From assembly GCA_036501845.1 (NCBI GenBank), contig DASXZO010000036.1, positions 90,318 to 154,317 of the forward strand: a DNA stretch of 64,000 nucleotides. Direction: 5' to 3'. The DNA is from Acidimicrobiia bacterium. Lineage in GTDB: Bacteria; Actinomycetota; Acidimicrobiia; IMCC26256; PALSA-610. Shown here in pieces: positions 1 to 8,211 of the stretch (position 1 is its first letter; each line of letters begins with the position of its first letter). A program made the position numbers and the translations under genes. The notes beneath the pieces were generated by a model. The model was not told the DNA's origin. It saw nothing but the letters and a program-made list of their open reading frames with translations, and did no database searches.

Positions 1-444
1 GATGCGCACCCGCAGGAAAGCGTCGGTTTTGAGGCTCGCCTTGATCGAACGCAGCCCGTTGTTACCCGCCAGCCCGCCGCCGGCCTTGAGCCGCAATGCC
101 GCGAGGGGCAGGTCGAGCTCGTCGTGCACGATCAGCAACTGTTCGGCCTCGACGCCGGCGCGACGCATCAACGGCGCGACCGCGGCGCCCGACTCGTTCA
201 TGTAGGTGGTGGGGATCGCGAGGAGCATGCGCCGCCCGCCGACGGCAACGGTGTCGTGCACCGAGTGCGTGCGCTTGTCGGCCTTCAGCCGCGCGTGGTG
301 ACGGCGCGCCAAGATGTCGACGACGTCGGCGCCGACGTTGTGCCGAGTGTGACGGAACTCGTCGCCGGGATTGCCGAGCCCCACCACGAGAAGGTCGGCG
401 GGCGTGCCGGTTCGTTCGGCGCGCTCGCCGCGGCCGCGCAGCAT
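1..444 (-). CDS. pth: peptidyl-tRNA hydrolase (3' end runs off the window)
   Basis: The reverse frame ending at base 1 reads MLRGRGERAERTGTPADLLVVGLGNPGDEFRHTRHNVGADVVDILARRHHARLKADKRTH...MNESGAAVAPL.... LVVGLGNPG and TRHN.G are Pth signatures. It lies directly downstream of rplY. It is absent from the ORF track because no stop falls in the window. ATG at 444. Confidence 0.85.
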   Translation of the reverse strand, partial: MLRGRGERAERTGTPADLLVVGLGNPGDEFRHTRHNVGADVVDILARRHHARLKADKRTHSVHDTVAVGGRRMLLAIPTTYMNESGAAVAPLMRRAGVEAEQLLIVHDELDLPLAALRLKAGGGLAGNNGLRSIKASLKTDAFLRVRI

Positions 445-485
445 GTGGATGATCGCGACACCGCGCGCCGGTGGGCGCGAGCGCG

Positions 486-1157
486 CTACTCGCTCTCGCC
501 CGAAGCCTCGGCCGCAGCGCCACCCTCGGCCGCTGTGCCTTCGCCCTCGGCACCTTCGCCCTCGGCGCCTTCGCCCGCTTCTTCTTCGGCGAGACCGCGC
601 GGCACCGACACTTGGGCAACGAGGTCGTCGGGATCGTTCGTGATCTCCACCCCAGGCGGCACCGTGATGTCGCGCACGTGCACCTGGTCGCCGAGCTCGA
701 GCGCGCTCACGTCGTACTCGAGCCCGGTGGGCACGTCGGCCGGCCGAGCCGACACTGCGATGCTGAACAGCATCTGCTCGAGCAGGCCACCACCGCGCAC
801 GCCTTCTGGCTCACCCACGAGTGCGAGTTGCACTTCTGCGGTGATCGCGACGTCGGCACGCACGCGGATGAAGTCGACGTGCGTGAGCGAACCCTTCACC
901 GGGTTGCGCTGGATCTGGCGGGTGAGCACGAGCTGGTCCTTGCCGCCGTCGACGTTGAGTGTGATCACCGAGTTCACACCGCTCACGCTGTGCAGGATCT
1001 TGTCGAGATCGTGGGCATTCACCGCCACGGCCTCGTTGTCGACACCGAGGCCGTACACAACCGCGGGAACCTGCCCGAGCGCTCGGACCCTGCGGCCCGG
1101 GCCGTTGCCGCGTCCTTCGCGCACGGTCGCTACGAGCTTCGTCTCAATGGTGGCCAT
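486..1157 (-). CDS. rplY: 50S ribosomal protein L25 / general stress protein Ctc
   Basis: Track ORF 486..1157. The N-terminus MATIETKLVATVREGRGNGPGRRVRALGQVPAVVYG is typical of L25/Ctc. The acidic GEGAEGEG tail is encoded by short tandem repeats around 535-580. Confidence 0.9.
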   Translation of the reverse strand: MATIETKLVATVREGRGNGPGRRVRALGQVPAVVYGLGVDNEAVAVNAHDLDKILHSVSGVNSVITLNVDGGKDQLVLTRQIQRNPVKGSLTHVDFIRVRADVAITAEVQLALVGEPEGVRGGGLLEQMLFSIAVSARPADVPTGLEYDVSALELGDQVHVRDITVPPGVEITNDPDDLVAQVSVPRGLAEEEAGEGAEGEGAEGEGTAAEGGAAAEASGESE

Positions 1158-1244
1158 GGCGCGTGTGTACCTCGGGTTCCGGGGCGTGGGACCGAACAGT
1201 CTCGCGCGAACGGCTTCACTCCTGACAACCGGCGAGGATGGCTC

Positions 1245-1589
1245 GTGCGTCGTAAGGGTGTGGAAGGGTTCGACGACTTCTATCGCCAGGACTACGCCAA
1301 GCTTGTGGCCGCCGTCTCCCTCGTGTGCGGCGACGCCGAGCGGGGCCGGGACGCGGTGGACGAGGCAGTCGCCCGGGCCGTGGAACAGGACCGGCGGGGC
1401 CTGGTCATCGAGTCGCTTCCTGCGTGGGTGCGCGTGGTCGCACTGAACGTGGCCCGCTCAGGAGGACGGCGGCGCAGTGCCGAGAGCCGCGCCCACGACC
1501 GCTTGCTGGCCGCGGTGCACGACCGCATCGACGGCGACGATCTCGAGCGCGCGATCGATGTGGGGCGCGCGCGTCCGCTGATGCATTGA
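1245..1589 (+). CDS. ECF sigma-70 region-2-only protein (truncated sigma-like; start uncertain)
   Basis: This is the C-terminal part of track ORF 471..1589. FDDFYRQDYAKLVAAVSLVCGDAERGRDAVDEAVARAV...LPAWVRVVALNVARSGGRRR matches sigma-70 regions 2.1-2.4. No region 4 follows; only about 37 aa remain. GTG starts are possible at 1245 or 1260. Confidence 0.45.
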   Translation: MRRKGVEGFDDFYRQDYAKLVAAVSLVCGDAERGRDAVDEAVARAVEQDRRGLVIESLPAWVRVVALNVARSGGRRRSAESRAHDRLLAAVHDRIDGDDLERAIDVGRARPLMH

Positions 1590-1635
1590 TTCTGGGTGCA
1601 ACACCTCCGCCCCAGCGGGTTGTTTGCACCAGGAA
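1590..1635. repeat. 46-nt palindromic intergenic repeat, copy A (degenerate); terminator-like between convergent genes
   Basis: TTCTGGGTGCAACACCTCCGCCCCAGCGGGTTGTTTGCACCAGGAA. It has the same length and architecture as copies at 46849 and 60639: outer arms TTCTGGGTGCA / TGCACC.GGAA and an inner CCGC/GCGG stem. Confidence 0.6.
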
Positions 1636-1656
1636 CGCATTGAAAAGTGGGGCGGG

Positions 1657-2649
1657 TTAGAAGTTGTCGCCGCCGAAGAGGCCGCTGACTGATTGGTCGC
1701 TGAACACGGCGTCGATCGCCGAACCCAGCAGCGGCGCGATCGACAGCACCCTGAGGGTGTCGAACTGCTTGTCGTCGCTGATCGGCACGGTGTTGGTGAC
1801 GATCACTTCGCGGATCGGGCCGTTCTTGAGGCGGTCGACCGCGGGGCCCGACAACAGGCCGTGGGTGGCCGCGATGATCACCTCGTCGGCGCCGCGCGAC
1901 ATCAGCAGTTCGGCGGCCGACACCACGGTGCCGGCGGTGTCGATCATGTCGTCGACGAGGATGCACGTGCGGCCCGCGACCTCACCCACCACCTCGGTGG
2001 CCACCGCGACGTTGTGCGTGCCCTTGGGTCGCCGCTTGTCGATGAACGCAAGGTCGACGCCGAGACCGTGCTGGTCTTCGAGCTTCGTGGCGTAGCGGCG
2101 CGCCAGCTTGCCGCCGCCGGCGTCGGGCGACACGACGGTGACTTCGCCTTGCAGCGTGGGGCCGAGGTAGTCGGTGATCACCGGCACCGCGGTGAGGTGG
2201 TCGACCGGGAAGTCGAAGAAGCCTTGGATCTGTCCGGTGTGCAGGTCGACGCTCACCACACGATCGGCGCCGGCCGCGGTGATCATGTCAGCCACCACGC
2301 GCGCCGAGATCGGTTCGCGTCCTTCGGCCTTGCGGTCCTGCCGTGAATACCCGTAGTAGGGGCACACCGCGGTGATGCGCTTGGCCGACGCGCGCTTGGC
2401 CGCGTCGATGAGCAGGAGTTGCTCCATGATGCGGTCGTTGATCGGGTCGCAGTGGCTCTGGAACACGAACACGTCGCAGCCGCGCACGTTCTCGCCGAGC
2501 CGGCAATAGATCTCGCCGTTGGCGAACGTGGAGACCATCACGTTGGCGAGCGGGATGTCGAGCCGCTCGCCCACCTCTTCGGCGAGCTCCCGATGGCCGC
2601 GGCCCGCCACGAGCACAAGATGCTTGCGGGTGACGAGCTCGCGCTCCAT
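1657..2649 (-). CDS. prs: ribose-phosphate pyrophosphokinase
   Basis: Track ORF of 330 aa. MERELVTRKHLVLVAGRGHRELAEEVGERLDIPL...; the DLHTGQIQGFF and PRPP-binding loop VDDMIDTAGT motifs are present. Confidence 0.95.
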   Translation of the reverse strand: MERELVTRKHLVLVAGRGHRELAEEVGERLDIPLANVMVSTFANGEIYCRLGENVRGCDVFVFQSHCDPINDRIMEQLLLIDAAKRASAKRITAVCPYYGYSRQDRKAEGREPISARVVADMITAAGADRVVSVDLHTGQIQGFFDFPVDHLTAVPVITDYLGPTLQGEVTVVSPDAGGGKLARRYATKLEDQHGLGVDLAFIDKRRPKGTHNVAVATEVVGEVAGRTCILVDDMIDTAGTVVSAAELLMSRGADEVIIAATHGLLSGPAVDRLKNGPIREVIVTNTVPISDDKQFDTLRVLSIAPLLGSAIDAVFSDQSVSGLFGGDNF

Positions 2650-2672
2650 GGCTTCTCCTCATGCTGGTCTGG

Positions 2673-4115
2673 CTACTCGTCCGGGCTGGTGGGTGGTACG
2701 GACGGATCGGACTGCTTCGCCGGACGTACATACTGCTCGCGCGCGACCCGTGCAGGCACGCCTCGCACGAGCGCGCCGGGCGGCACGTCGCCCGTGACCA
2801 CCGCGCCGGCCGCGGTGGTGGCGTCGTCGCCGATCTTCACGGGCGCCACGATCGTGGAGTTCGAGCCGGTAAACACCCGGTCGCCGACGGTGGTGTGGTG
2901 CTTGTTGGCACCGTCATAATTCGCAAAGACGGTGCCCGCACCGATGTTCGACCCGGCGCCGATCGTCACGTCGCCGAGGTAGGCGAGATGGTTCGCCTTG
3001 GCGCCCTCGCCGAGCTCGGCGTTCTTGGTCTCGACGAAATCGCCGAGGTGCACACCCGCACCGAGGCGGGTGCCGGCGCGCAGGTGGGCGAAGGGCCCGA
3101 CGAGGCACTCGTCGCCGACCTCGGCCTCACGCACCACCGAGCTCTGGATCACCACGTCGCAGCCGACCACAGAATCGACGATCCGCGTGTACGGCCCGAT
3201 CACCGAGCCCGCCCCCACACGCGTGCGGCCTTCGAGCATCGTGCCGGGGAGCAATCGCACGTCGGCCTCGAGCTCCACCGTGGCATCGACGTAGGTGGAC
3301 GCGGGATCGACGATCGACACGCCCTCGCGCATCCAGCGCAGGTTGATGCGCTCGCGCAACACCGCCTCGGCCGACGCGAGCTGCGCGTGGTCGTTGACGC
3401 CAAGCGCCTCGGTGGCCACCGACGCCACGCTGGCGACCACGCGGTGACCGGCGCCGCGCAACACCTCGATGGCATCGGTGAGGTAGTACTCGCCTTGCGC
3501 GTTCGACGACGTGATGCGGCGCAGCGCGGGCGCCAGCAAATTGCGCTTGAAGCAGTAGATCGACGTGTTGATCTCGTTGATCGCGAGTTCTTCTGGCGTG
3601 GCGTCGGCGTCTTCGACGATTCGGGCCACGTGGCCGTCGCGGTCGCGCACCACGCGCCCCAACCCGGTGGGGTCGTCGAGCTCGGCGGTGAGAATTGCCG
3701 CAGCCGCGTCCTCGTCACGCTGGGCTCGAGCGAGCGCGGCGAGCGTCTCGGGGAGGAGCAGCGGCTGGTCGCCGGCGAGCACGATCACGTCGTCTTCGCG
3801 GTCGGGGTCGTCGAAGTGCGCCGCGGTGAGGGCCACGGTGACCGCGTCGCCGGTGCCGCGCGGCACGGTCTGTTCGATGAACTCCACCGGCATCGAGTCG
3901 GGGAGCTGCGGTGCCAGCGCGCTGCGCACCGCGTCGGCGCCGCGACCGACGACCACGATCACGCGCTCGAGCGGCAGCGCCGATAGCGAGTCGACCACGT
4001 GGAGCACCATCGGCTTGCCACACAGCGTGTGCAGCACCTTCGGTGTGCGCGACCGCATGCGCGTGCCGTCGCCCGCGGCGAGCACGATCGCCGAGATCGG
4101 GCGGTACGGGCTCAC
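2673..4115 (-). CDS. glmU: bifunctional UDP-N-acetylglucosamine pyrophosphorylase / GlcN-1-P acetyltransferase
   Basis: Track ORF 2673..4208. AIVLAAGDGTRMRS is the nucleotidyltransferase motif, and hexapeptide repeats fill the C-terminal half. I place the start at GTG 4115, preceded by GGGAGGAA. ATG 4208 would sit 10 nt from the tRNA and adds an implausible N-terminus. Confidence 0.9.
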   Translation of the reverse strand: MSPYRPISAIVLAAGDGTRMRSRTPKVLHTLCGKPMVLHVVDSLSALPLERVIVVVGRGADAVRSALAPQLPDSMPVEFIEQTVPRGTGDAVTVALTAAHFDDPDREDDVIVLAGDQPLLLPETLAALARAQRDEDAAAAILTAELDDPTGLGRVVRDRDGHVARIVEDADATPEELAINEINTSIYCFKRNLLAPALRRITSSNAQGEYYLTDAIEVLRGAGHRVVASVASVATEALGVNDHAQLASAEAVLRERINLRWMREGVSIVDPASTYVDATVELEADVRLLPGTMLEGRTRVGAGSVIGPYTRIVDSVVGCDVVIQSSVVREAEVGDECLVGPFAHLRAGTRLGAGVHLGDFVETKNAELGEGAKANHLAYLGDVTIGAGSNIGAGTVFANYDGANKHHTTVGDRVFTGSNSTIVAPVKIGDDATTAAGAVVTGDVPPGALVRGVPARVAREQYVRPAKQSDPSVPPTSPDE

Positions 4116-4218
4116 GGCATTCCTCCCGTGGACGTGCCGATAGCTGCGCCAAACGGCGGGCCAAAGGCTGTGAACGTGCGGTGCGTTTGGTGGCGAGGCG
4201 GCGCGCACGCGCCCCGCG

Positions 4219-4290
4219 CTCGGGGGCAGGGATTCGAACCCCGACCTGCGGGTACCAAAAACCCGTGTGCTGCCGTTACACCACCCCCGA
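4219..4290 (-). tRNA. tRNA-Gln (anticodon UUG)
   Basis: Reverse strand: TCGGGGGTGGTGTAACGGCAGCACACGGGTTTTTGGTACCCGCAGGTCGGGGTTCGAATCCCTGCCCCCGAG. Acceptor stem is TCGGGGG/CCCCCGA. Anticodon stem is CGGGT/ACCCG with loop TTTTGGT (anticodon TTG). The T-loop is TTCGAAT. CCA is not encoded. Confidence 0.9.
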
Positions 4291-4378
4291 ATAGAACGGC
4301 TCCACCGTAGTTGAGCGAGTCACGCCCGGAGCGCGGATTCGCCGCCCTCACGAGTGCTCCGGTACCGTCGCTGGCGCC

Positions 4379-4480
4379 ATGGGAAGTCTGATCAAAAAGC
4401 GCCGCAAGCGCATGCGCAAGAAGAAGCACAAGAAGCTTCTCAAGAAGACGCGCTGGCAGCGTCGCACCCAGGGCAAGTAG
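4379..4480 (+). CDS. small basic ribosomal protein bS22 (AURKAIP1/COX24-like), 33 aa
   Basis: ATG GGA AGT CTG ... TAG translates to MGSLIKKRRKRMRKKKHKKLLKKTRWQRRTQGK. This closely resembles mycobacterial bS22 (MGSVIKKRRKRM.KKKH.KLL..TR.QRR..GK). It is too short for the ORF track. Confidence 0.8.
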   Translation: MGSLIKKRRKRMRKKKHKKLLKKTRWQRRTQGK

Positions 4481-4495
4481 CTCCCAGCCGCACCC

Positions 4496-5428
4496 CTACT
4501 CCGCTTCGAGTGGGAGCGGGGCGTTGTCGGTGCTGTGGTGGCCCGCGAGCACCATCGCGATCGCGCACAGCACCAGCGCGCCGCCGCCGAGCTGCGCCGC
4601 GCTCACGGTTTGGTGGAACCACCAGAACGCGCCCACGGTGGACACCACCGGCCCGGCGAGCGTCATCAACGACGTCACGTTGACGTTGATGTAGCGCGTC
4701 GCCCAGGTCATGGAGCCGTGGCCGATCGCTCCCGGCCCGAGGATCAGGCAGAACAGCCAGAGCCAGTCGGTGCCGTGGAACGCGGTGACGGGGTCGGCTG
4801 CAAACAGCGCGTACGGCGTGATGGCCACGGCGGCGGTGGCGACGACCGCGGTCATGAACGCGAACGCGGGCACTCCGTCGACGCGGCTGCGCTTCACGTA
4901 GAGGAAGTAGGCGGTCCATGCGAGCAGGCTTCCGGCCGCGAGCGCGTCGCCGAAGAACGAGTTCGAGCCACCGCCGCTCCCGGCGAGCACCACGATGGCC
5001 GTGCCGGCGAGCGCCAGCGCGAACCACAGGAAGTCGATGCGGCGGAGGTGGTCGCCGAACATGCGGCCCGCGAACAGCAGCACGAGCACGGGCGTGAGCG
5101 CGCCGATGAGCGTGGCGTTGGCAATGCTCGTGTGGTTGAACGACGAGAAGCCGAGCCCGATGTCGACGGCGAACAGCGCGCCGGCGGGAGCGGCAACCTT
5201 GATGATCGGCCACGTGAGCCGGCCACCACCGATGCGCAGGATCACGTACATCACGGGGATCGCGAACCACAGCCGATAGGTGGCCACGGTGATGCCGGGC
5301 AGTCCGGTGGCCTTCACGAACAGCGGCCCGACGCCCCAGATCAGCACGGCCACCGACGCGGCCACGAGTGGCAACGCGGCCGCCGGCTGCTCCGTCGACG
5401 CTGAGGGATGTGCGGCCGCAGTGGTCAC
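4496..5428 (-). CDS. EamA/DMT-family transporter (10-TM)
   Basis: This is the C-terminal 310 aa of track ORF 4496..6040. It shows two EamA-like halves (LPLVAASVAVLIWGVGPLF... and ...AWTAYFLYVKR...). GTG 5428 overlaps the ispE stop (GTGA). An alternative ATG lies at 5452. Confidence 0.8.
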   Translation of the reverse strand: MTTAAAHPSASTEQPAAALPLVAASVAVLIWGVGPLFVKATGLPGITVATYRLWFAIPVMYVILRIGGGRLTWPIIKVAAPAGALFAVDIGLGFSSFNHTSIANATLIGALTPVLVLLFAGRMFGDHLRRIDFLWFALALAGTAIVVLAGSGGGSNSFFGDALAAGSLLAWTAYFLYVKRSRVDGVPAFAFMTAVVATAAVAITPYALFAADPVTAFHGTDWLWLFCLILGPGAIGHGSMTWATRYINVNVTSLMTLAGPVVSTVGAFWWFHQTVSAAQLGGGALVLCAIAMVLAGHHSTDNAPLPLEAE

Positions 5429-6252
5429 GACACCGTCGCGATCGCGACGCATCGCGTCTCGAGCTCGGCGCGTACCTCGTGTGCGAGCTGCTCCGCGCCC
5501 GCGCGGTCGGGTGCGAGTGCGTAGTACGTGGAGCCGCTCCCGCACAGCGTCGGCAGCGTGCGCGCGAGCTCGCCGAACGCGTTGCGAAAGTCGACGAGGC
5601 GGGGCTCCACTGCGATCGCCGCGGGTGCGAGATCGTTCTGCCAGCTGGCTCCCCCCACTTGCGCCCATGCCGGCGGTGGTTCCACGAACTCGTACGCGTG
5701 CGGGCCACCCAACGCGTCCCACGCGCGGTACACCTCGGCCGTGTTGCAACCGAACGTCGGCGTAGCGAGCACGAGGAAGAGCGCCTCGCCGGCCGGCGCC
5801 GAGCGGTGGATACCGTCGCCGACCCCGGTCATGTGCACGACCTCGCCGCCGAAGCACACGGGCACGTCGGCGCCGAGCGACGCCGCGATCTCGTGCAGCT
5901 CGGCGTCGCTCTGGGTGGTGCGGAGCAGGCGGAGCGCCGCCGCAGCATCGGCGGAGCCCCCGCCCAGACCCGCCTCGGTAGGGATTTGCTTGCGGAGCCG
6001 CAGCCCAGCCGTGGAGCCGAGCGCGGCCCGGGCCTGCCACACGAGATTGTCCTCACCGGCGGGCGCGACACCCTCGGGCTCGATCACCAGCTCTGAATCG
6101 TGATGGCCCTCGAGGATCGAGAGCTCGTCGTGGGGTTCGTCGACGATGGCGACGAACGCGCGGAGCTCGTGATAGCCGTCGGGCCGGCGACCGAGCACGC
6201 GCAGCGACAACGTGACCTTGGCGCCGGCGCGCTCGGTGACCGCGCCGTTCAC
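5425..6252 (-). CDS. ispE: 4-diphosphocytidyl-2-C-methyl-D-erythritol kinase
   Basis: Track ORF 5425..6564. KVTLSLRVLGRRPDGYHEL and the GHMP kinase motif PTEAGLGGGSADAAA are present. GTG 6252 overlaps the rsmA stop (GTGA). Confidence 0.9.
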   Translation of the reverse strand: MNGAVTERAGAKVTLSLRVLGRRPDGYHELRAFVAIVDEPHDELSILEGHHDSELVIEPEGVAPAGEDNLVWQARAALGSTAGLRLRKQIPTEAGLGGGSADAAAALRLLRTTQSDAELHEIAASLGADVPVCFGGEVVHMTGVGDGIHRSAPAGEALFLVLATPTFGCNTAEVYRAWDALGGPHAYEFVEPPPAWAQVGGASWQNDLAPAAIAVEPRLVDFRNAFGELARTLPTLCGSGSTYYALAPDRAGAEQLAHEVRAELETRCVAIATVS

Positions 6253-7100
6253 GGCACTTCGGCGTCGGCCCGCGCGAGCGCGGCCCACCCGTCGAGGCCC
6301 AACATCTCGGCGCGCGTCAATGGTTCGATGCCAGCAGTGGCAAGCACCGCGTCGGTGCGCTCGCCGAGCGCGCGACGCAACGACTGGCGCAACGACTTGC
6401 GGCGCGTCGCGAAACCCGCGCGCACGAGCACGAACATGCGCGCCGGATCGTCGACGTGCACGGGAGGTTGCGCGCGGCGGCGCATGCGCACGAGCACGCT
6501 CTCCACCTTCGGCCGCGGCATGAACACGGTTGCCGGCACCGAACCTACGAGCTCCGCCTCGCACGCGTACGCAACGTTCACCGACACCGAACCGTAGACG
6601 CGCGAACCCGGCGCGGCCGCAAGCCGTTCACCAACTTCGCGTTGCACCATCACGAGGAAGTCGTCGATCATCGGCGCGTCGCTGAGCGCGCGCAACAGCA
6701 CGGGCACCGCAACGTTGTACGGAAGATTCGCGACCATCGACCACGTGCGCGTGCCACCGAGTAGTTGCGACCAGTCGACCGACAGCGCGTTGCCGTGCAC
6801 CACGCGCACATCAAGACCGGAGGTCACCTCGGCGAGAACCGGAACGAGGTGTTGGTCGAGTTCGAGCGCCACCACGCGCGCGCCGGCGTCGGCGAGCGCG
6901 AGCGTGAGCGAGCCGAGGCCGGGGCCGACTTCGACGACCGACCGGCCCGCCAACGCGCGTTCACCCCCGCCGGCGAGGCGCACGATGCGGCGGGCGGTAT
7001 TGGGATCGACCAGGAAGTTCTGGCCAAGCGCGCGGCTCGGCTTCAGACCGTGGGCATCGAGCAGCGCGCGGACCGTTGCCGGCGTGAGGAGTTGGCCCAC
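6249..7100 (-). CDS. rsmA: 16S rRNA (adenine1518/1519-N6)-dimethyltransferase
   Basis: Track ORF of 283 aa. HGLKPSRALGQNFLVD and VVEVGPGLGSLT (SAM motif) are present. It lies upstream of ispE, as in other Actinobacteria. Confidence 0.95.
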   Translation of the reverse strand: MGQLLTPATVRALLDAHGLKPSRALGQNFLVDPNTARRIVRLAGGGERALAGRSVVEVGPGLGSLTLALADAGARVVALELDQHLVPVLAEVTSGLDVRVVHGNALSVDWSQLLGGTRTWSMVANLPYNVAVPVLLRALSDAPMIDDFLVMVQREVGERLAAAPGSRVYGSVSVNVAYACEAELVGSVPATVFMPRPKVESVLVRMRRRAQPPVHVDDPARMFVLVRAGFATRRKSLRQSLRRALGERTDAVLATAGIEPLTRAEMLGLDGWAALARADAEVP

Positions 7101-7112
7101 CCCGGGCTCAGC

Positions 7113-7802
7113 TCAGGTACCGGCGCAGCGGCCCTGCCAGTGGCTGGCACCTTGCCACCGGTAGAGGTAGAGCGCGAGGAAGTCTTGGTACTTGTGCGCC
7201 GCGTACGCGGGGTTCACGCCCACCAGCGACGTGAAGCCGGTGACGCGGGCCACGTTGTTCCACGTCGAGCGAAGGAATTGATACGCACCGAAGTGCTCGT
7301 ACGCGGGATCGATCGCGGTGTAGCCGCCGGCCGTATCGGACTCGAAATGGCGCGTGCACACGAGGAATGCAGTGTTCGGCGGTGCCGGATACGGCACGAA
7401 CCAACGACCGCTGATGCCGTTCACCCACAACCCTCGGAACGTCGAGGTTTTCGGCGCAACCGTGAGCGGCGTGACGACCGCGGGAGCAGTGTGGCTCTTC
7501 GTCGCACGATGCACCGCAGTTGCGGCCGCGGCGGCGGTGCGATCGACGTTGCGCGTGCCGTTCGCAACGCGCGCGTTCGCGCTGTTCGTAGCCGACGCAA
7601 TCACCGGCGTTGCCGCGACGACACCGGCGATCAAGATTCCGTACGCAAGTTGACGCGTGAGATACCAACGACGCCACCAACGTCGCGCGCGCAGATAGCC
7701 CGCCGCGGAATCACCGAAACTTCGCAGCGAAGGATGCACCACATCGCGATCCGGTGGCGCGATCGCAGCGAGCGCTTCGATGCCGTTGCCGACGCGCGGC
7801 AT
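7113..7802 (-). CDS. membrane-anchored transglycosylase-like (Rpf/SLT-type) domain protein; start uncertain
   Basis: The C-terminus VCTRHFESDTAGGYTAIDPAYEHFGAYQFLRSTWNNVA...HKYQDFLALYLYRWQGASHW fits the C.ES.G.Y.A....GAYQF...TW transglycosylase-like pattern. One TM segment (LAYGILIAGVVAATPVIASA) is present. The position upstream of rsmA parallels rpfB-ksgA in mycobacteria. First ATG after the long leader is at 7802. Confidence 0.6.
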   Translation of the reverse strand: MPRVGNGIEALAAIAPPDRDVVHPSLRSFGDSAAGYLRARRWWRRWYLTRQLAYGILIAGVVAATPVIASATNSANARVANGTRNVDRTAAAAATAVHRATKSHTAPAVVTPLTVAPKTSTFRGLWVNGISGRWFVPYPAPPNTAFLVCTRHFESDTAGGYTAIDPAYEHFGAYQFLRSTWNNVARVTGFTSLVGVNPAYAAHKYQDFLALYLYRWQGASHWQGRCAGT

Positions 7803-8043
7803 GACCGCGCTGATCGGATGCACGCGCACCGGCGCTTCGTCGTGTTCGCTCGGCGCGGTGGCGAGGCCGAGCCAGAGAAGGTCGCCGAGATCGATCTGCA
7901 GCTCGCTGGTTGTCCCGAGCGCGGCGCGTGTGGCCGGTGAGAGGTGCCGGCGATGGACGCGCCGGGTCGCCGACGCGGGCCCGTGGGCGCGCGAAACCGA
8001 CCGAGGCGGCGTGCGAAGCAACAGTTGGTCGGAAATGGCTGGT

Positions 8044-8175
8044 GCGTCTCCTGCGTGTGCCCGTGGCTGGGGCGGGTCGTGGGATGGATTGCACCCGCTG
8101 GTGGGCCGCGCAGGATCAAGGTTGCGGCCCACTCCGCCCGCAGATGGCATTCACGGTAATTCCCGCTCGCTCCGG
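8044..8175 (-). promoter_or_regulatory. candidate structured leader RNA, loosely ydaO/c-di-AMP-riboswitch-like (low confidence)
   Basis: The reverse strand carries AGCGGGAAUUACC, GUGAAUGCC and a 9-bp hairpin GUGGGCCGC/GCGGCCCAC. It also carries a long-range helix CUG(C)GGGCGG/CCGCCCCAG, then AGCGGGUGCAAUCC, then CCCACGACCCGCCCCAGCCAC..CGCAGG. The block order resembles the ydaO consensus, but key blocks are imperfect. Confidence 0.3.
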
Positions 8176-8211
8176 CCGCCAATCTCGACCGTGTGGGAAC
8201 GTCGGACCGGG

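Noticed and set aside
4116-4208. N-terminal extension of glmU to ATG 4208.
   Set aside because: It would start 10 nt from the tRNA-Gln gene and adds an unconserved His/Arg/Trp-rich peptide. GTG 4115 has a strong GGGAGGAA SD and yields the canonical ..AIVLAAGDGTRM N-terminus.
4219-4290. tRNA-Gln as a possible integration hotspot for a genomic island.
   Set aside because: There is no integrase, no duplicated tRNA 3' fragment and no compositional shift nearby. The flanking genes (glmU, bS22, EamA, ispE) are housekeeping.
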